From: Coprothermobacterota bacterium
Lineage (GTDB): Bacteria > Caldisericota > JANLFM01
DNA length: 64,000 nt
Direction of reading: 5' to 3'
Assembly (NCBI GenBank): GCA_026389455.1
Contig: JAPLHV010000157.1
Span: 10,786 to 74,785, forward strand
The translations under genes were made by a program, and so were the position numbers. Under the pieces are notes generated by a model. It was not told the DNA's origin. It saw only the letters and a program-made list of their open reading frames with translations, and did no database searches. The stretch's first letter is position 1; every line of letters starts with the position of its first letter. This document shows positions 1 through 11,095 of this stretch, in pieces.

Positions 1-1
1 C

Positions 2-394
2 AGATATTTCCAGGGTTATGAACAGCAGGATGCCAATCCGGTAATGGGAGACTCCTATCTATCGGAAGCAACCGGGCTAGGAGGGGTAGCGATGGCTGCT
101 GCCCCAGCCATAACCAGTTTTGTTGGAGGAACAGTTCAAGATGCTCTCGATACGACAGAAGAGATGTATAGTATCACCGATGCCGAACACCCTCGCTTTA
201 AGATCCCTTTTTTAGATTATCGCGGCGCCCCCTTGGGAATCGATGTGCGTAAAGTCGTCGAACTGAAAATTGCCCCGGTGATCAACACGGGGATTGCCCA
301 TCGCCTTCCAGGTGTGGGACAAATCGGAGCTGGGCTTTTTCGACCTCCTCTCGATTGCTTCCTGAATGCAAACATTGCAATAGACAATCAATAG
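2..394 (+). CDS. DUF1116 (YlbE/YahG/AllG-like) protein, 5'-truncated by window edge
   Basis: Frame open from position 2; GDSYLSEATGLGGVAMAAAPAI and INTGIAH...GQIGAG motifs match the C-terminus of the paralog at 28811-30259. Confidence 0.85.
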   Translation, partial: RYFQGYEQQDANPVMGDSYLSEATGLGGVAMAAAPAITSFVGGTVQDALDTTEEMYSITDAEHPRFKIPFLDYRGAPLGIDVRKVVELKIAPVINTGIAHRLPGVGQIGAGLFRPPLDCFLNANIAIDNQ

Positions 395-420
395 TTAATC
401 TTGAAAGGAGCAAGTATAGA

Positions 421-1182
421 ATGAGAATAATCGATATCTCGATGGTAACATCTACCGACCCCAGCCCCTTGATGAATGTAAAAATCACCAATCTGCCGCA
501 TGAGAATGGCGCCAAAGAAGACCAAAAATACTACGGCATCGATCCTCAAGATTGGCCGTTTCCCGGCAAGGCATGGGCGGATGATTTCCTTGAGATGACA
601 ACCCATGCAGGAACGCATCTCGATTCTCCTTGGCACATGGGTCCGCTCTGCGCTGGGATGAAACCGAAGACCATCGAAGAGTGGCCGTTGGAATGGTGCT
701 TTGGGGATGGCGTAGTGGTCGATATTCGGGATTTAGCGGATGGTTGCCAGCTCTCTGCAGGTGAGCTGAAGGATCGTTTGAGCAAGATCGGCTACACGCT
801 GAAGCCGCTGGATATCTTCCTCGCCATGACCGGCAACGATAAGCTTTGGGGCCAACCAAATTACGCCGATCATGGCGGCCATCTTTCCGCAGAAGCCTTG
901 GAGTGGGTTCTTGACCAAGGAATCAAGACGGTAGGAACTGATTCGTGGAGCTTTGACATAGGATACAACCACTGGTCCAAGCAATATAAAGACCATGGTC
1001 GCGATCCGAAATATCTTTGGCCATGCCATTTGGTAGGAACTCGTAAGGAATATGCTCACTACGAGAAACTAGCTAACTTAGACCAATTGCCACCATTTGG
1101 TTTTAAGTTTTACGGATTCCCTATCAAGTTTTTCCACGGGAGCGCTGGCTTTGTGCGAGCGGTTGCTTTTCTCGAGGATTAA
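421..1182 (+). CDS. Cyclase family (kynurenine-formamidase-like) metal hydrolase
   Basis: HAGTHLDSPWH motif, VGTDSW, EKLANLDQLP; GAAAGGAG RBS before ATG 421. Confidence 0.85.
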   Translation: MRIIDISMVTSTDPSPLMNVKITNLPHENGAKEDQKYYGIDPQDWPFPGKAWADDFLEMTTHAGTHLDSPWHMGPLCAGMKPKTIEEWPLEWCFGDGVVVDIRDLADGCQLSAGELKDRLSKIGYTLKPLDIFLAMTGNDKLWGQPNYADHGGHLSAEALEWVLDQGIKTVGTDSWSFDIGYNHWSKQYKDHGRDPKYLWPCHLVGTRKEYAHYEKLANLDQLPPFGFKFYGFPIKFFHGSAGFVRAVAFLED

Positions 1183-1188
1183 TAAGCT

Positions 1189-2067
1189 GTGAGAATTCGA
1201 GATCATTTGTTTCCGACCAGCCCCTCAGAAGCTATTGAGATGCTTCTGAGGGAAGATGGAAAAGCTCGTCTAATTGCAGGCGGAACCGATTTAATCCTGG
1301 AGATTCGTGATCATGCCAACAGTTTTGAGGCACTGGTTGATGTAAGTCGAATTCCTGGATTGGATCGGATTCATTCGGATGGAGAACGCATTCACTTGGG
1401 TCCGCTGGTAACGATGACCCAAGTAGAGGAATCATTATTGCTTAAACAGCATGCAATAGCTCTATGGGAAGCCTGCTCCTGGGTTGGCGGGCCTCAGATT
1501 CGAAACCGAGCTACATTGGCGGGCAATATCGTCTCAGCCCAGCCGGCAGCGGACGGAGCAATCGCCTTGGTTGCGCTGAATGCCGGACTCAAGATCCTTG
1601 GCTTCCAGGGAGAGCGAGACCTCATGCTGAGCGATTCTTATATCGGTGTTGGAAGATCGGCAATAGACGCATCCCGTGAAATGATCACGTGCATCGAGTT
1701 CGAAGGACAACACCAGGGGGAGGCATCGGCATTCCGAAGAATGGCACAGAGGAAGGCCATGGCCTTACCCCAGCTAAATTGCGCAGTGTGGATTGCTTCA
1801 TCCGTAGGGTATTGCACTAATGCTCGAATCGCTGTTGGTCCCGTTGCGACGATGCCATTTCGAGCACGCCAAGCGGAAGCTTATCTAGTCGGTAAACCCC
1901 TCACTGACGAAACGATAACTGCCTGTGCTGCAGCCATTCAGGAGGAAGTGCAACCGAGGGATTCGATGTTGCGTGGATCCGGACTTTACCGCAAGGAAAT
2001 GGCAGAAGCGCTTGCAAGAGAGACTATAAAGCTAGCGATCAGTCGCTTGGAAGGGAGCCTGGCGTGA
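1189..2067 (+). CDS. Xanthine dehydrogenase family FAD-binding subunit
   Basis: IAGGTDL and QIRNRATLAGNI motifs. Confidence 0.9.
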   Translation: MRIRDHLFPTSPSEAIEMLLREDGKARLIAGGTDLILEIRDHANSFEALVDVSRIPGLDRIHSDGERIHLGPLVTMTQVEESLLLKQHAIALWEACSWVGGPQIRNRATLAGNIVSAQPAADGAIALVALNAGLKILGFQGERDLMLSDSYIGVGRSAIDASREMITCIEFEGQHQGEASAFRRMAQRKAMALPQLNCAVWIASSVGYCTNARIAVGPVATMPFRARQAEAYLVGKPLTDETITACAAAIQEEVQPRDSMLRGSGLYRKEMAEALARETIKLAISRLEGSLA

Positions 2068-2561
2068 AACATATCCGCCTTCAGATCAACGGAGTGTGGC
2101 GGACAGGATGGGCAAATCCGGGACAAACGCTTCTAGATTTCCTGCGCGAAGAACTGAACTGCACGGAAGTGAAGAAAGGGTGCGGCAAAGGAGACTGTGG
2201 CGCCTGTACCGTCATCATGAACGGCATATCCATTGATTCCTGTCTCACCCTGGCGTTGCAGGCAGAAGGCGCTGAGATCATCACGGCAAAGGGGTTGGGA
2301 ACCAAAGACAACCCTCATCCACTGCAAGAAGCTTTTATCGAAAAGGGCGCCTTTCAATGTGGGTTCTGTACGCCCGGGATGATCCTATCAGCCAAGGCAT
2401 TGTTGGACAAAAACCCCAAACCCAATCGGGAAGAGATTCGTAGAGGGTTATCTGGAAACATTTGTCGTTGTACCGGTTATCGAAAAATCGAGGAAGCAGT
2501 CGCTTCTGCAAGCGAGCGATCTTCCAACCAATCCGACGATAGAGAGCTCAAAGATCAGTAA
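2064..2561 (+). CDS. XDH family (2Fe-2S)-binding subunit
   Basis: GCGKGDCGACTV, QCGFCTPG, GNICRCTGY. Confidence 0.92.
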   Translation: MKHIRLQINGVWRTGWANPGQTLLDFLREELNCTEVKKGCGKGDCGACTVIMNGISIDSCLTLALQAEGAEIITAKGLGTKDNPHPLQEAFIEKGAFQCGFCTPGMILSAKALLDKNPKPNREEIRRGLSGNICRCTGYRKIEEAVASASERSSNQSDDRELKDQ

Positions 2562-2640
2562 CTGTACCAGCATTTTAGCTTGCAAAGAGTTTGGCGCTAA
2601 GAACCGGTGATACTTTGTGTGGCAGAACAGGAGGGTAGCA

Positions 2641-3978
2641 ATGCCGGAACCAAGAACGATTGAGCTCTTGATCCATAGCGGGATTGTTGTAACGATGAAT
2701 CCAGAACGACTCATTATTGAAGATGGAGCTGTAGCGATTGATCAAGGCAGAATCACCGACGTAGGAGATTCGAAAGCCCTTCGAAGCCAATACAGCGGCA
2801 AGAAGGAAATCGATGCGACTCATAAAATAGTAATGCCGGGACTCGTCAATCTTCACTTTCATGCGGATAATTTTTCACGCGGAGTTGGCGAGCATCTGGG
2901 TTTGGAAGAATGGATCGATACGATCTATTACCCTATGCTGGCTGCGATGACGCCTGATGATGCCTACAAAACTGCCATGTTGGCCTACTCAGAAGTGATA
3001 AAGGGCGGAACGACAACCGTCAATGATATGTACATCAAGCTCCCTTCCTTGGCCGATGCGGCGGAGAAGACCGGTATCCGCGCCGTGCTTTCCAGCGAAG
3101 GCGCCGATTTGATCCCGGGCCAAGAGACCTTGGAAGACAACGAGAGGGCTTTCCTGGAGCGGAATAATACCGCTGGAGGACGGATTCTGGTTGTTTTCGG
3201 CATTGAATGGATTCCTGTTTGCTCTGCGGAATATATCAAGAAGTGCCGTTCTTTGGCTGACAAATATGGAGTTGGCGTTCATGTCCACCTCAATGAATCC
3301 AAGGGTGAAGTACAGTTGTGCAAAGAGAAATATGGAAAGCCTCCCGTGGAGTTCGTTAATGACTTAGGTCTCCTTGGACCGGATGTGGTTGCCGCTCATT
3401 GTGTTTGGCTGTCGGATCCGGAAATAGAGCTTATTGCCAAGACGGGTACCCATATTTCTCATAATCCTGTTTCCAACGCCAAATTAGGGAACGGGGTGGC
3501 GCGAACCATTGACTACCTGAAGGCTGGTATCAATGTTGGCCTGGGCACAGACGACGCACCTTGTAACAACAACAATGATATGTTCGAAGTCATGAAATAC
3601 GCCTCCCTTTTTCAAAAAGCCATCCACACCGATGCTAGCCTGCTCCCCTCTTGGCAAATCCTGGAAATGGCAACGATCAACGGCGCAAGGGCATTGGGGC
3701 TTGATAAGCAAATAGGGTCCCTAGAGGCAGGAAAAAAGGCAGACGTGATCTTGGTTGATACCTGGACTCCCGCTTTGACACCCGTCTTCCACGGGAAAAA
3801 CTCAAACGTGCTTCCTCATCTGGTCTATGTGGCTCACGGTGACAACGTTGATACTACGATCGTAGATGGCAGGATTCTGATGGAAGGCCGGAAATTGCTT
3901 ACCGTCGATGAAAACCAGGTTATTGAGGAAGCGACTCGGGCTGCACATAAGGTAATTCAAGCCAGAAAGATTAAGTGA
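2641..3978 (+). CDS. Amidohydrolase family deaminase (MtaD/SsnA/guanine-deaminase-like)
   Basis: PGLVNLHFH, HVHLNE, AAHCVW, GLGTD motifs; AGGAGG RBS before ATG 2641. Confidence 0.85.
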   Translation: MPEPRTIELLIHSGIVVTMNPERLIIEDGAVAIDQGRITDVGDSKALRSQYSGKKEIDATHKIVMPGLVNLHFHADNFSRGVGEHLGLEEWIDTIYYPMLAAMTPDDAYKTAMLAYSEVIKGGTTTVNDMYIKLPSLADAAEKTGIRAVLSSEGADLIPGQETLEDNERAFLERNNTAGGRILVVFGIEWIPVCSAEYIKKCRSLADKYGVGVHVHLNESKGEVQLCKEKYGKPPVEFVNDLGLLGPDVVAAHCVWLSDPEIELIAKTGTHISHNPVSNAKLGNGVARTIDYLKAGINVGLGTDDAPCNNNNDMFEVMKYASLFQKAIHTDASLLPSWQILEMATINGARALGLDKQIGSLEAGKKADVILVDTWTPALTPVFHGKNSNVLPHLVYVAHGDNVDTTIVDGRILMEGRKLLTVDENQVIEEATRAAHKVIQARKIK

Positions 3979-4015
3979 ATGATACTAACTCGAGGCAGAG
4001 AATGTGGAGGAAGTC

Positions 4016-5332
4016 ATGATTGAGGAAGGCTTGACCGCGGCAGAAGTCATTCAATTACAGGATCAATATGTAATGAAATGCGTAGAGCCCTGGAACGAGA
4101 AAGTATTCGTGAAGGGGAAGGGATCCACGCTCTGGGATATAGAAGGGCAGGAATACCTCGATTGCTTTAGTGGAGTTTCCGTGATTAACATCGGCCATGC
4201 GCATCCCAAAATGGTGGCGGCCGTATCCGATCAGATAAACCGATTAACCCATCTTTCTACACTGTATCGAACAGCTCCGATGCCAATCCTAGCCAAGAAG
4301 CTAGCCGAGATCGTCCCGATGGGTGAGGGTCGTTCGAAGAGTTTCTTCTGCAACTCGGGAACCGAAGCGAACGAACATGCCATCACCTTAGCCCGTATCG
4401 CTACCAAGAAGTTTGAGATATTTGGCCTGCAAAACGGCTTCTATGGGCGGGGCGGCTTCACCATGAGCATCACCGGCCTGGGAGCCTGGCGTTCTGGCCT
4501 GGGGCCATTCATGTCTGGAACACTGCATTTGCCGATGTACCACTGTTATCGTTGCCCCTTGGGACATCACCATTACAGTGAGTGCGGCTATGCTTGTGCC
4601 AACTACCTTAAAATCGCCTTGAAGACTCAGACCAGCAACCGGACAGCAGCCGTTGTCGTGGAACCGATCCAAGGCATTGGCGGCATTGTGGAAGCTCCGC
4701 CGGACTATTTCAAGGTGCTCAAGCCAATCCTTGAGGAAAACCAGATCCTGTTGATCGTGGATGAAGTGCAAACGGGTTTCGGTCGCACTGGAATGATGTT
4801 CGGTATCGAGCATTATGGGGTGGAGCCAGATGTTGTCACTTTGGCAAAAGGATTGGGTGGTGGACTTCCAATCGGCGCAGTGGTGGCCAAACCCGAGATC
4901 GCCGATACCTTCCCTGGACCTGACTTCGCCACTTTCGGCGGTAACCCGGTCAGTTGTCGGGCAGCTTTGGCAGCGATTGAGGTCACACAAGAAGAGGGGC
5001 TGGTGAAGAACTCCGCTGAAGTTGGAGAATTCCTTAAAGCAGGCCTGGTAGAGTTAAGCAAACACCACCCTTTCCTAGACGATGTGGAAGGGAAAGGTCT
5101 CTTCATCGGAGCGGAAATCACCACCGACAAGGAAAAGAAAACACCTGCTAGCAATATAGTCATGACCCGAATCCTCGACGAAGCTTTGAAAGAGAAAATG
5201 CTGATCGGCCGGGGTGGTCTCTACTACAACCGCATCCGCTTTCAGCCGCCTTTGTGCTTTACGCGGAAGGAAGCCGAGCGGACGCTGGAAGTATTCGAAA
5301 AGGCCCTGACGATAGCGGAGGGCGCCGCGTGA
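4016..5332 (+). CDS. Class III PLP aminotransferase (AGXT2/GabT-like)
   Basis: DEVQTGFGRTG, TLAKGLGGG, TFGGNPVSC; GGAGG before ATG 4016 (GTG 4004 alternative). Confidence 0.9.
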   Translation: MIEEGLTAAEVIQLQDQYVMKCVEPWNEKVFVKGKGSTLWDIEGQEYLDCFSGVSVINIGHAHPKMVAAVSDQINRLTHLSTLYRTAPMPILAKKLAEIVPMGEGRSKSFFCNSGTEANEHAITLARIATKKFEIFGLQNGFYGRGGFTMSITGLGAWRSGLGPFMSGTLHLPMYHCYRCPLGHHHYSECGYACANYLKIALKTQTSNRTAAVVVEPIQGIGGIVEAPPDYFKVLKPILEENQILLIVDEVQTGFGRTGMMFGIEHYGVEPDVVTLAKGLGGGLPIGAVVAKPEIADTFPGPDFATFGGNPVSCRAALAAIEVTQEEGLVKNSAEVGEFLKAGLVELSKHHPFLDDVEGKGLFIGAEITTDKEKKTPASNIVMTRILDEALKEKMLIGRGGLYYNRIRFQPPLCFTRKEAERTLEVFEKALTIAEGAA

Positions 5333-6024
5333 GCCAAGGAAGCTCGTGCATGGGAGTCGAATCTTTGCTCGCTCTGATGCAGAAACGACGTTCCATCCGA
5401 GCGTTCAAGCCAGAGCCGGTATCCGATGAGAGCATTGCCAAGATCATCGAAGCCGGTCGATGGGCGCCATCCAGCGCGAATTCTCAACCTTGGGACTTTC
5501 TCGTGGTGCGAGATCCGATCACCAAAGAAAAAATCCAATCAAGCGTACAGCGTTGCATCAGCCGGATAAAAGAATTACGCGATTTCCCCTTCCTCCGCAC
5601 GTTCACGGGTGGATACATGCTGGAAGCTCCAGTTCACTTGGTGGTGATCGGAGATCCTCGTTTCCGTTACGTCAGCATGATGCACCAGGTCGAGGAGAAC
5701 ATCGAGCAGTTTGCCTTTTGGGGCAGCGTCAGCATGGCCATCCAGAATATGCTATTGGCCATAACTGCACTTGGATTGGGCACTGCCGTTTTTACCAACT
5801 TTTTCCCAGAGGAGGTAAAGCCTTTCCTGGCCATACCGGATCCACTGCGGATCGTGTGCATTTTGCCCCTGGGTTACCCCAATGAGTATAGAGAGCCGCG
5901 GCCTCGACGACCGGCTGATTCGTTCACTCACCTGGAACGTTATGATTCGAGCAAAATGCGTTCGGATGAGATTATCGAGCGAGCCCACCGCGACCCATAT
6001 GGCGAGCAAGTAAAGGAATATTGA
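5329..6024 (+). CDS. Nitroreductase family protein
   Basis: RRSIRAF, WAPSSANSQPW; start uncertain (5329 GTG or 5350 ATG). Confidence 0.85.
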   Translation: MSQGSSCMGVESLLALMQKRRSIRAFKPEPVSDESIAKIIEAGRWAPSSANSQPWDFLVVRDPITKEKIQSSVQRCISRIKELRDFPFLRTFTGGYMLEAPVHLVVIGDPRFRYVSMMHQVEENIEQFAFWGSVSMAIQNMLLAITALGLGTAVFTNFFPEEVKPFLAIPDPLRIVCILPLGYPNEYREPRPRRPADSFTHLERYDSSKMRSDEIIERAHRDPYGEQVKEY

Positions 6025-6044
6025 TCAATTCGATGGAGGCTAGA

Positions 6045-8324
6045 ATGGAACCACTGAAATACATTGGGAAGCGAATTCCAGAGATTTACGCTTGGGCGAA
6101 AGTAACCGGAGAAGCTCCTTTCACGGATGACTTGCGATTGCCCGGATTGCTCTTTGGGAAAATTCTAAGAAGCCCCCATGCTCACGCACGAATTCGAAGC
6201 ATCAATACCTCTCGAGCCTTGGAATTGCCAGGTGTAGTAACCGTCATGACAGGAACGGATACGCCTGGTATAAAGTACGTTGCCCAGATCTCGGACATGT
6301 ATCCCTTGGCAATCGACAAGGTTCGTTATGTGGGTGATCCGGTAGCTGCTGTGGCGGCAGAGACGGAGGAGATTGCGGAGGAAGCATTGGCCTTAATCGA
6401 AGTTGACTATGAACCTCTGCCTGCCGTCTTCGATCCTTGTGAAGCATTACTGGATGGAGCTCCCCTGATCCACGAGGATCGGATCAACAACCTGGTATTG
6501 AATATGAAGCGAGATTTCGGAAATGTGGATGAAGGCTTCGCCCAATCTGACCGAGTCTTTGAGGACCAGTTTTCCACTCAGGCCGTGCCCCACTGCAATA
6601 TGGAGCCACGCTCCAGTGCAGCTTGGAAGAACCCCGATGGCGTCCTCCAGATTTGGACGGGAACACAGAGCCCTTACTTCGTCCGCAAAGAAGTCGCGCA
6701 TGTTTGTAACTTGCCCATTTCATCGGTCCAAGTAATGGAAGTCCATTGTGGCGGGGGTTTCGGCTCTCGTTCCAAGTATTGTGAGGATGAAGGCGTCACC
6801 GCTCTCCTGGCCATTCGTTCCGGCCGCCCTGTGCGCATTACTTTCACTCGTGAGGAGGAGATGACCACTACCCGCATTCGCCACCCCTTCATATTGCGCA
6901 TTAAAACCGGAGTGAAGCTGGATGGGACTTTGATGGCACGGGAGATGCAGGTCATTGTGGATAAGGGGGCTTATTGCCACTACGGTCCCGCTGTTACCGG
7001 TTATGCCGCCGGAACCGCAGCGTCCAGCTACCGCATCCCACACTTCCGCTTCAATGGCGATATCGTCTACACCAACAAGCAAGCTGGAGGACCTTTCCGG
7101 GGTTTCGGAGCTCCTCAGGCGATATTCGCCATCGAGTCTCAGCTCGACGAGATCGCGGAGGTCTTGGGGATAGACCCGTTGGAATTGCGCGTAAAGAATG
7201 CCAACCGTTCCGGCGACCTTACGCCCTGCGGTTGGGCTATAACGACCTGCGGATTAGAGGAGTGCCTGGAAAAAGTGAGCCAGGCAATCAACTGGAAGGA
7301 GCGCCAGAAAGGACCGAAAGAGGGTCGCTATCGTCAAGGAAAGGGTTTGGCCACAGCAATTCACGTTTCAGGCAGCAACGTTTTTCCAGATGGAGAGTTT
7401 TCAGCGATCGAGCTGAAGATGTTCATCGATGGCCGGGTTTCTGTGTACAAGGGATCCGGAGATACCGGCACTTGGGCCAACACGGTCATCACTCAGATCG
7501 TTGCAGAGGAGTTGCAGCTACCGATGGAGTCCATCCGCCTGATCAGCATGGACACTGAGACGACGCCACAATCCCTTGGGAGCTTCGCCTCTCGCGTCGC
7601 TTTCGAGGATGGGAACGCCGCCAAGATGGCTGCCGCGCAGCTAAAGACTTTTCTGCTGGAATCGGCAGCAGCCGCGCTACAGGTTTCCATGGATGCTCTT
7701 TTTCTACAGGATGGCATGATTGTCTATCGAGAAGACCCAAGTAAGACCCTTTCCTATGGAGATTCCGTGTTTCGTTCCCCTCGCACTGTTGGACACATTC
7801 TCACTTCAGCGTATCACTATGTCCCTCCAACCGTACGTCTGACTCCCAAAGGGTACGCCAATGTCTCTGCCGCTTATGCTTTCTCAGCTCAAGGAGCAGA
7901 GGTTGTCGTGGACACGCAAACTGGTGAGATTCAGGTGAAGCGCTTGGTTGTGGCTCAAGATGTGGGGAAAGCCCTCAATCCGATTGCTGTTGAGGGACAG
8001 ATTGAGGGAGCTTTGGCTCAAGGGATGGGTTATGCTTTGACCGAGGAACTGATCGTCGATCGGACTACGGGCAAAGTAATTACTGACTGTCTGGATCGGA
8101 TCATGCTGCCTACAGCAATGGATATTCCCGATGAGAGTATATTTCTCGTCGAGACGCAAGATCCGGAAGGACCATACGGCGCCAAGGGCGTCGGCGAGAT
8201 CGGGCTGAACCCAACGGCGGCGGCCATTGCCAATGCCATCTATGATGCAGTTGGTTTCCGTCCACACAAGCTTCCAATCAAGGCCGAGGAAGTATACTTT
8301 TTTCTACACCCAGAGAAGAGGTAG
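6045..8324 (+). CDS. XDH family molybdopterin-binding subunit
   Basis: GGGFGSR, FRGFGAPQ, GQIEG, GAKGVGE (catalytic Glu); GGAGG before ATG 6045. Confidence 0.92.
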   Translation: MEPLKYIGKRIPEIYAWAKVTGEAPFTDDLRLPGLLFGKILRSPHAHARIRSINTSRALELPGVVTVMTGTDTPGIKYVAQISDMYPLAIDKVRYVGDPVAAVAAETEEIAEEALALIEVDYEPLPAVFDPCEALLDGAPLIHEDRINNLVLNMKRDFGNVDEGFAQSDRVFEDQFSTQAVPHCNMEPRSSAAWKNPDGVLQIWTGTQSPYFVRKEVAHVCNLPISSVQVMEVHCGGGFGSRSKYCEDEGVTALLAIRSGRPVRITFTREEEMTTTRIRHPFILRIKTGVKLDGTLMAREMQVIVDKGAYCHYGPAVTGYAAGTAASSYRIPHFRFNGDIVYTNKQAGGPFRGFGAPQAIFAIESQLDEIAEVLGIDPLELRVKNANRSGDLTPCGWAITTCGLEECLEKVSQAINWKERQKGPKEGRYRQGKGLATAIHVSGSNVFPDGEFSAIELKMFIDGRVSVYKGSGDTGTWANTVITQIVAEELQLPMESIRLISMDTETTPQSLGSFASRVAFEDGNAAKMAAAQLKTFLLESAAAALQVSMDALFLQDGMIVYREDPSKTLSYGDSVFRSPRTVGHILTSAYHYVPPTVRLTPKGYANVSAAYAFSAQGAEVVVDTQTGEIQVKRLVVAQDVGKALNPIAVEGQIEGALAQGMGYALTEELIVDRTTGKVITDCLDRIMLPTAMDIPDESIFLVETQDPEGPYGAKGVGEIGLNPTAAAIANAIYDAVGFRPHKLPIKAEEVYFFLHPEKR

Positions 8325-8329
8325 CAGGG

Positions 8330-9880
8330 ATGGAAGCAACCAGTGCGCCCGAGATCGTTCTGGAAGCAAAGGGGATCTCCAAACACTTTGGATCCGTACA
8401 AGCGTTGGATTGTGTTTCGCTTTCTTTCCGCAAGGGTGAGATTCATACGTTGCTCGGAGAAAACGGAGCAGGCAAGACTACTTTAATGAACATCATCTAC
8501 GGGCTCTATCAAAAAGATGCCGGTGAGATTCTGGTTAACGGGAAGGTTCATGAAATCAGATCGCCCCGCGATTCGCTTCAATTGGGAATCGGCATGGTCC
8601 CGCAATTCTTTAAGCTGGTGCCTGATCTTAGCATCTTAGAGAACATCTACCTTTTCATGGAAAAGACCAAATTCATCATCGATCGCAAGGGAGCCAAGGC
8701 AATCATCCAGCAACTCTCCGAAATGTTCGGTTTTGGATTGGAAGACAAGATCGATCGAGAAGTAGGTTCTTTAACTGAAGGAGAAAAACAAAAAGTTGAA
8801 ATTCTCAAAATACTAGCCCGTGGGTCAAAAATACTATTGTTTGATGAAGCCACCAATGTATTGGCGCCAAATGAGTTGGATTCATTTCTGCAAATAGTTA
8901 AAGATCTCAATAAAAGTGGCTATTCAATCATCTATATTACGCACAGGTTGCAAGAGGCATTGCAAATATCCGACCGCATTTCCGCCTTCCGCAAAGGAAA
9001 ATTGGTTGGAACGATCTCCGGGAAAGAGGCAACCCTCGAGAAACTCACTGTCATGATGGTAGGCGCTGAGCTGGAGAAAATCTCTACTGTTCTACCACAA
9101 GAAAAAGGCCGCATGATCCTAGAAGTGAAGGATTTGAACGTCATCGATGAAAGAGGATTACTTGCATTGAAGAATGTATCTTGTCAGTTCTACGAAGGAG
9201 AGATCGTGGGATTGGCGGGGATTGAGGGCAACGGCAGCAACTATCTTGCAGAAGCCTTAATTGGACTGCGGCGAGTAAAAAGTGGAAAGGTTATCTATCG
9301 AGGCGCTGACATCACTCGCTCCTTGCCATTGCATCGGATGAATCTGGGAATGAGCTTAATGCCCAGTTCCAACGCACTGGTTCCTCTCTTTTCCGTTCGC
9401 GATAATTCGATCTTGGATTACCCTGAAAAACCCCCCTTCAGTCGCCATGGGCTGCTCGATCGAAAGGCCATTACAGCTCATGCAAAGAGAATCGTAACTG
9501 ATTATCAGGTCCAAACTCCCAGCATTCTGTTGCAGGCGGTGAAGCTCTCCGGTGGAAATCGTCAAAGGCTGGCAATTGGAAGGAAGATTGAATCGAACCC
9601 TAAGTTCATGATCGCCTACCATCCCACGAAGGGTTTGGACATCAAGTCGCAAAGCTTCATCTACGAAAAACTCCTGACGATGAAGAAGGCCGGAATGACA
9701 GTGTTGTTTATGGGCGCCGATCTTGATGAGCTCTTGTTGGTCAGCAATCGTTTAATGGTCATTTACCGGGGAGAGATAGTGGGGGTTTTCGACGATCTCC
9801 GTTCAGTGTCCAAATTCGATGTCGGCGTCCTGATGACCGGAGGGTCACGTCGCGAAGGAGGCGCCAAAGTTGGAAACTAG
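8330..9880 (+). CDS. Nucleoside/sugar ABC transporter ATP-binding protein (two NBDs)
   Basis: GENGAGKTT Walker A; LSGGNRQ; CUT2-type architecture. Confidence 0.92.
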   Translation: MEATSAPEIVLEAKGISKHFGSVQALDCVSLSFRKGEIHTLLGENGAGKTTLMNIIYGLYQKDAGEILVNGKVHEIRSPRDSLQLGIGMVPQFFKLVPDLSILENIYLFMEKTKFIIDRKGAKAIIQQLSEMFGFGLEDKIDREVGSLTEGEKQKVEILKILARGSKILLFDEATNVLAPNELDSFLQIVKDLNKSGYSIIYITHRLQEALQISDRISAFRKGKLVGTISGKEATLEKLTVMMVGAELEKISTVLPQEKGRMILEVKDLNVIDERGLLALKNVSCQFYEGEIVGLAGIEGNGSNYLAEALIGLRRVKSGKVIYRGADITRSLPLHRMNLGMSLMPSSNALVPLFSVRDNSILDYPEKPPFSRHGLLDRKAITAHAKRIVTDYQVQTPSILLQAVKLSGGNRQRLAIGRKIESNPKFMIAYHPTKGLDIKSQSFIYEKLLTMKKAGMTVLFMGADLDELLLVSNRLMVIYRGEIVGVFDDLRSVSKFDVGVLMTGGSRREGGAKVGN

Positions 9881-10988
9881 CAAACAAACAGACCAAAACC
9901 GGAAAGAGCCTCAACATCGAGCAACGCGGTCCAAAATGCCGAACATCTCGAGACTCTCCATGGCCTCTCCTCTCGCTTATGTGATCGCCTTTTTGCTCAC
10001 CTTCCTCATCGGCGGAGCGGTGATCTACGCCCTTACCGGGCAAAACCCCATTGCGGTTTACGGCTCATTCTTTTCCCACAGTTTCTTTTCGCAATACGGC
10101 ATCCTGGAAGTGCTGGCGAAAGCGACGCCGATCATCATTGCCGGCGCAGGAATGATCATTGCTTTCCGCTGCGGCCTGTGGAATCTGGGGGCGGAAGGGC
10201 AAATGGCGATTGGAGCGATCGTAGCAACAGCCATCGGCGTCAACCTCAATCTGCCGGCCGGCATCTTATTGCCGGTCATATTCCTCGCTTCTTTCATAGG
10301 CGGCGCTCTGTGGTCCGGAATCGCTGGATTTCTGAAGACCAAGTTTGGCGTCCACGAAATGCTCTCTACCCTAATGCTGAACTACATTGCTTTGAAGTTG
10401 TTGGAGTATATGATCAGCGGACCTCTCAGCATGCCCCATCCTAACTACCCCAGGACTTCGGAAATCCTGTCGCAGGCGCAGATGCCTTTCCTCCAATACC
10501 CGCTTAATACAACCTTCCTTATCGCTTTGGCGCTCATTCCAATCGTCTGGTTCATCATCAATCGCACCAGCCTTGGGTATCGTTTGCAGGCTGTCGGCTT
10601 TGGGCGTGAAGCGGCACGGCTGGCAGGCATGGACATCGCCAAGCTGACGATGATCGTGATGTTGATCAGCGGCGGTATCGCTGCGCTAGGCGGCACCGTC
10701 GAAGTTGTGGGCGACTTCATGAGAATGGAGAGAAATGTCACTGGGGGCTATGGATTCACTGCCATCGTGGTGGTGATGTTGGCCAGAGAGGAAATCATCG
10801 CCATGCCGTTTGCGGCTTTTTTTATCTCCGGCATGATCGTCGGCGCCTCTTCCCTTACTCTCGCCGGAATCCCCGCTTCCTTTTCGCAAATACTCATCGG
10901 TCTCTTGCTGTTGTGCGTAATCTTTGCCGGATACATCGAGCGATGGTTGAGGCAGCGATGGGAATATGCCGGGAAAATGGCATGTTAG
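9870..10988 (+). CDS. ABC transporter permease (nucleoside type)
   Basis: WNLGAEGQ, GYGFTAI; multi-TM. Confidence 0.9.
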   Translation: METSKQTDQNRKEPQHRATRSKMPNISRLSMASPLAYVIAFLLTFLIGGAVIYALTGQNPIAVYGSFFSHSFFSQYGILEVLAKATPIIIAGAGMIIAFRCGLWNLGAEGQMAIGAIVATAIGVNLNLPAGILLPVIFLASFIGGALWSGIAGFLKTKFGVHEMLSTLMLNYIALKLLEYMISGPLSMPHPNYPRTSEILSQAQMPFLQYPLNTTFLIALALIPIVWFIINRTSLGYRLQAVGFGREAARLAGMDIAKLTMIVMLISGGIAALGGTVEVVGDFMRMERNVTGGYGFTAIVVVMLAREEIIAMPFAAFFISGMIVGASSLTLAGIPASFSQILIGLLLLCVIFAGYIERWLRQRWEYAGKMAC

Positions 10989-11095
10989 CCAACTCTCCAA
11001 GACTCCCTTGTCGCCAGGAGCTTCCACTTCAGCAGACCTTGGCATCTGCGAAGTTCAGCATGATCTCGAACCATGACCTTTGTGTGAGGTGAGCA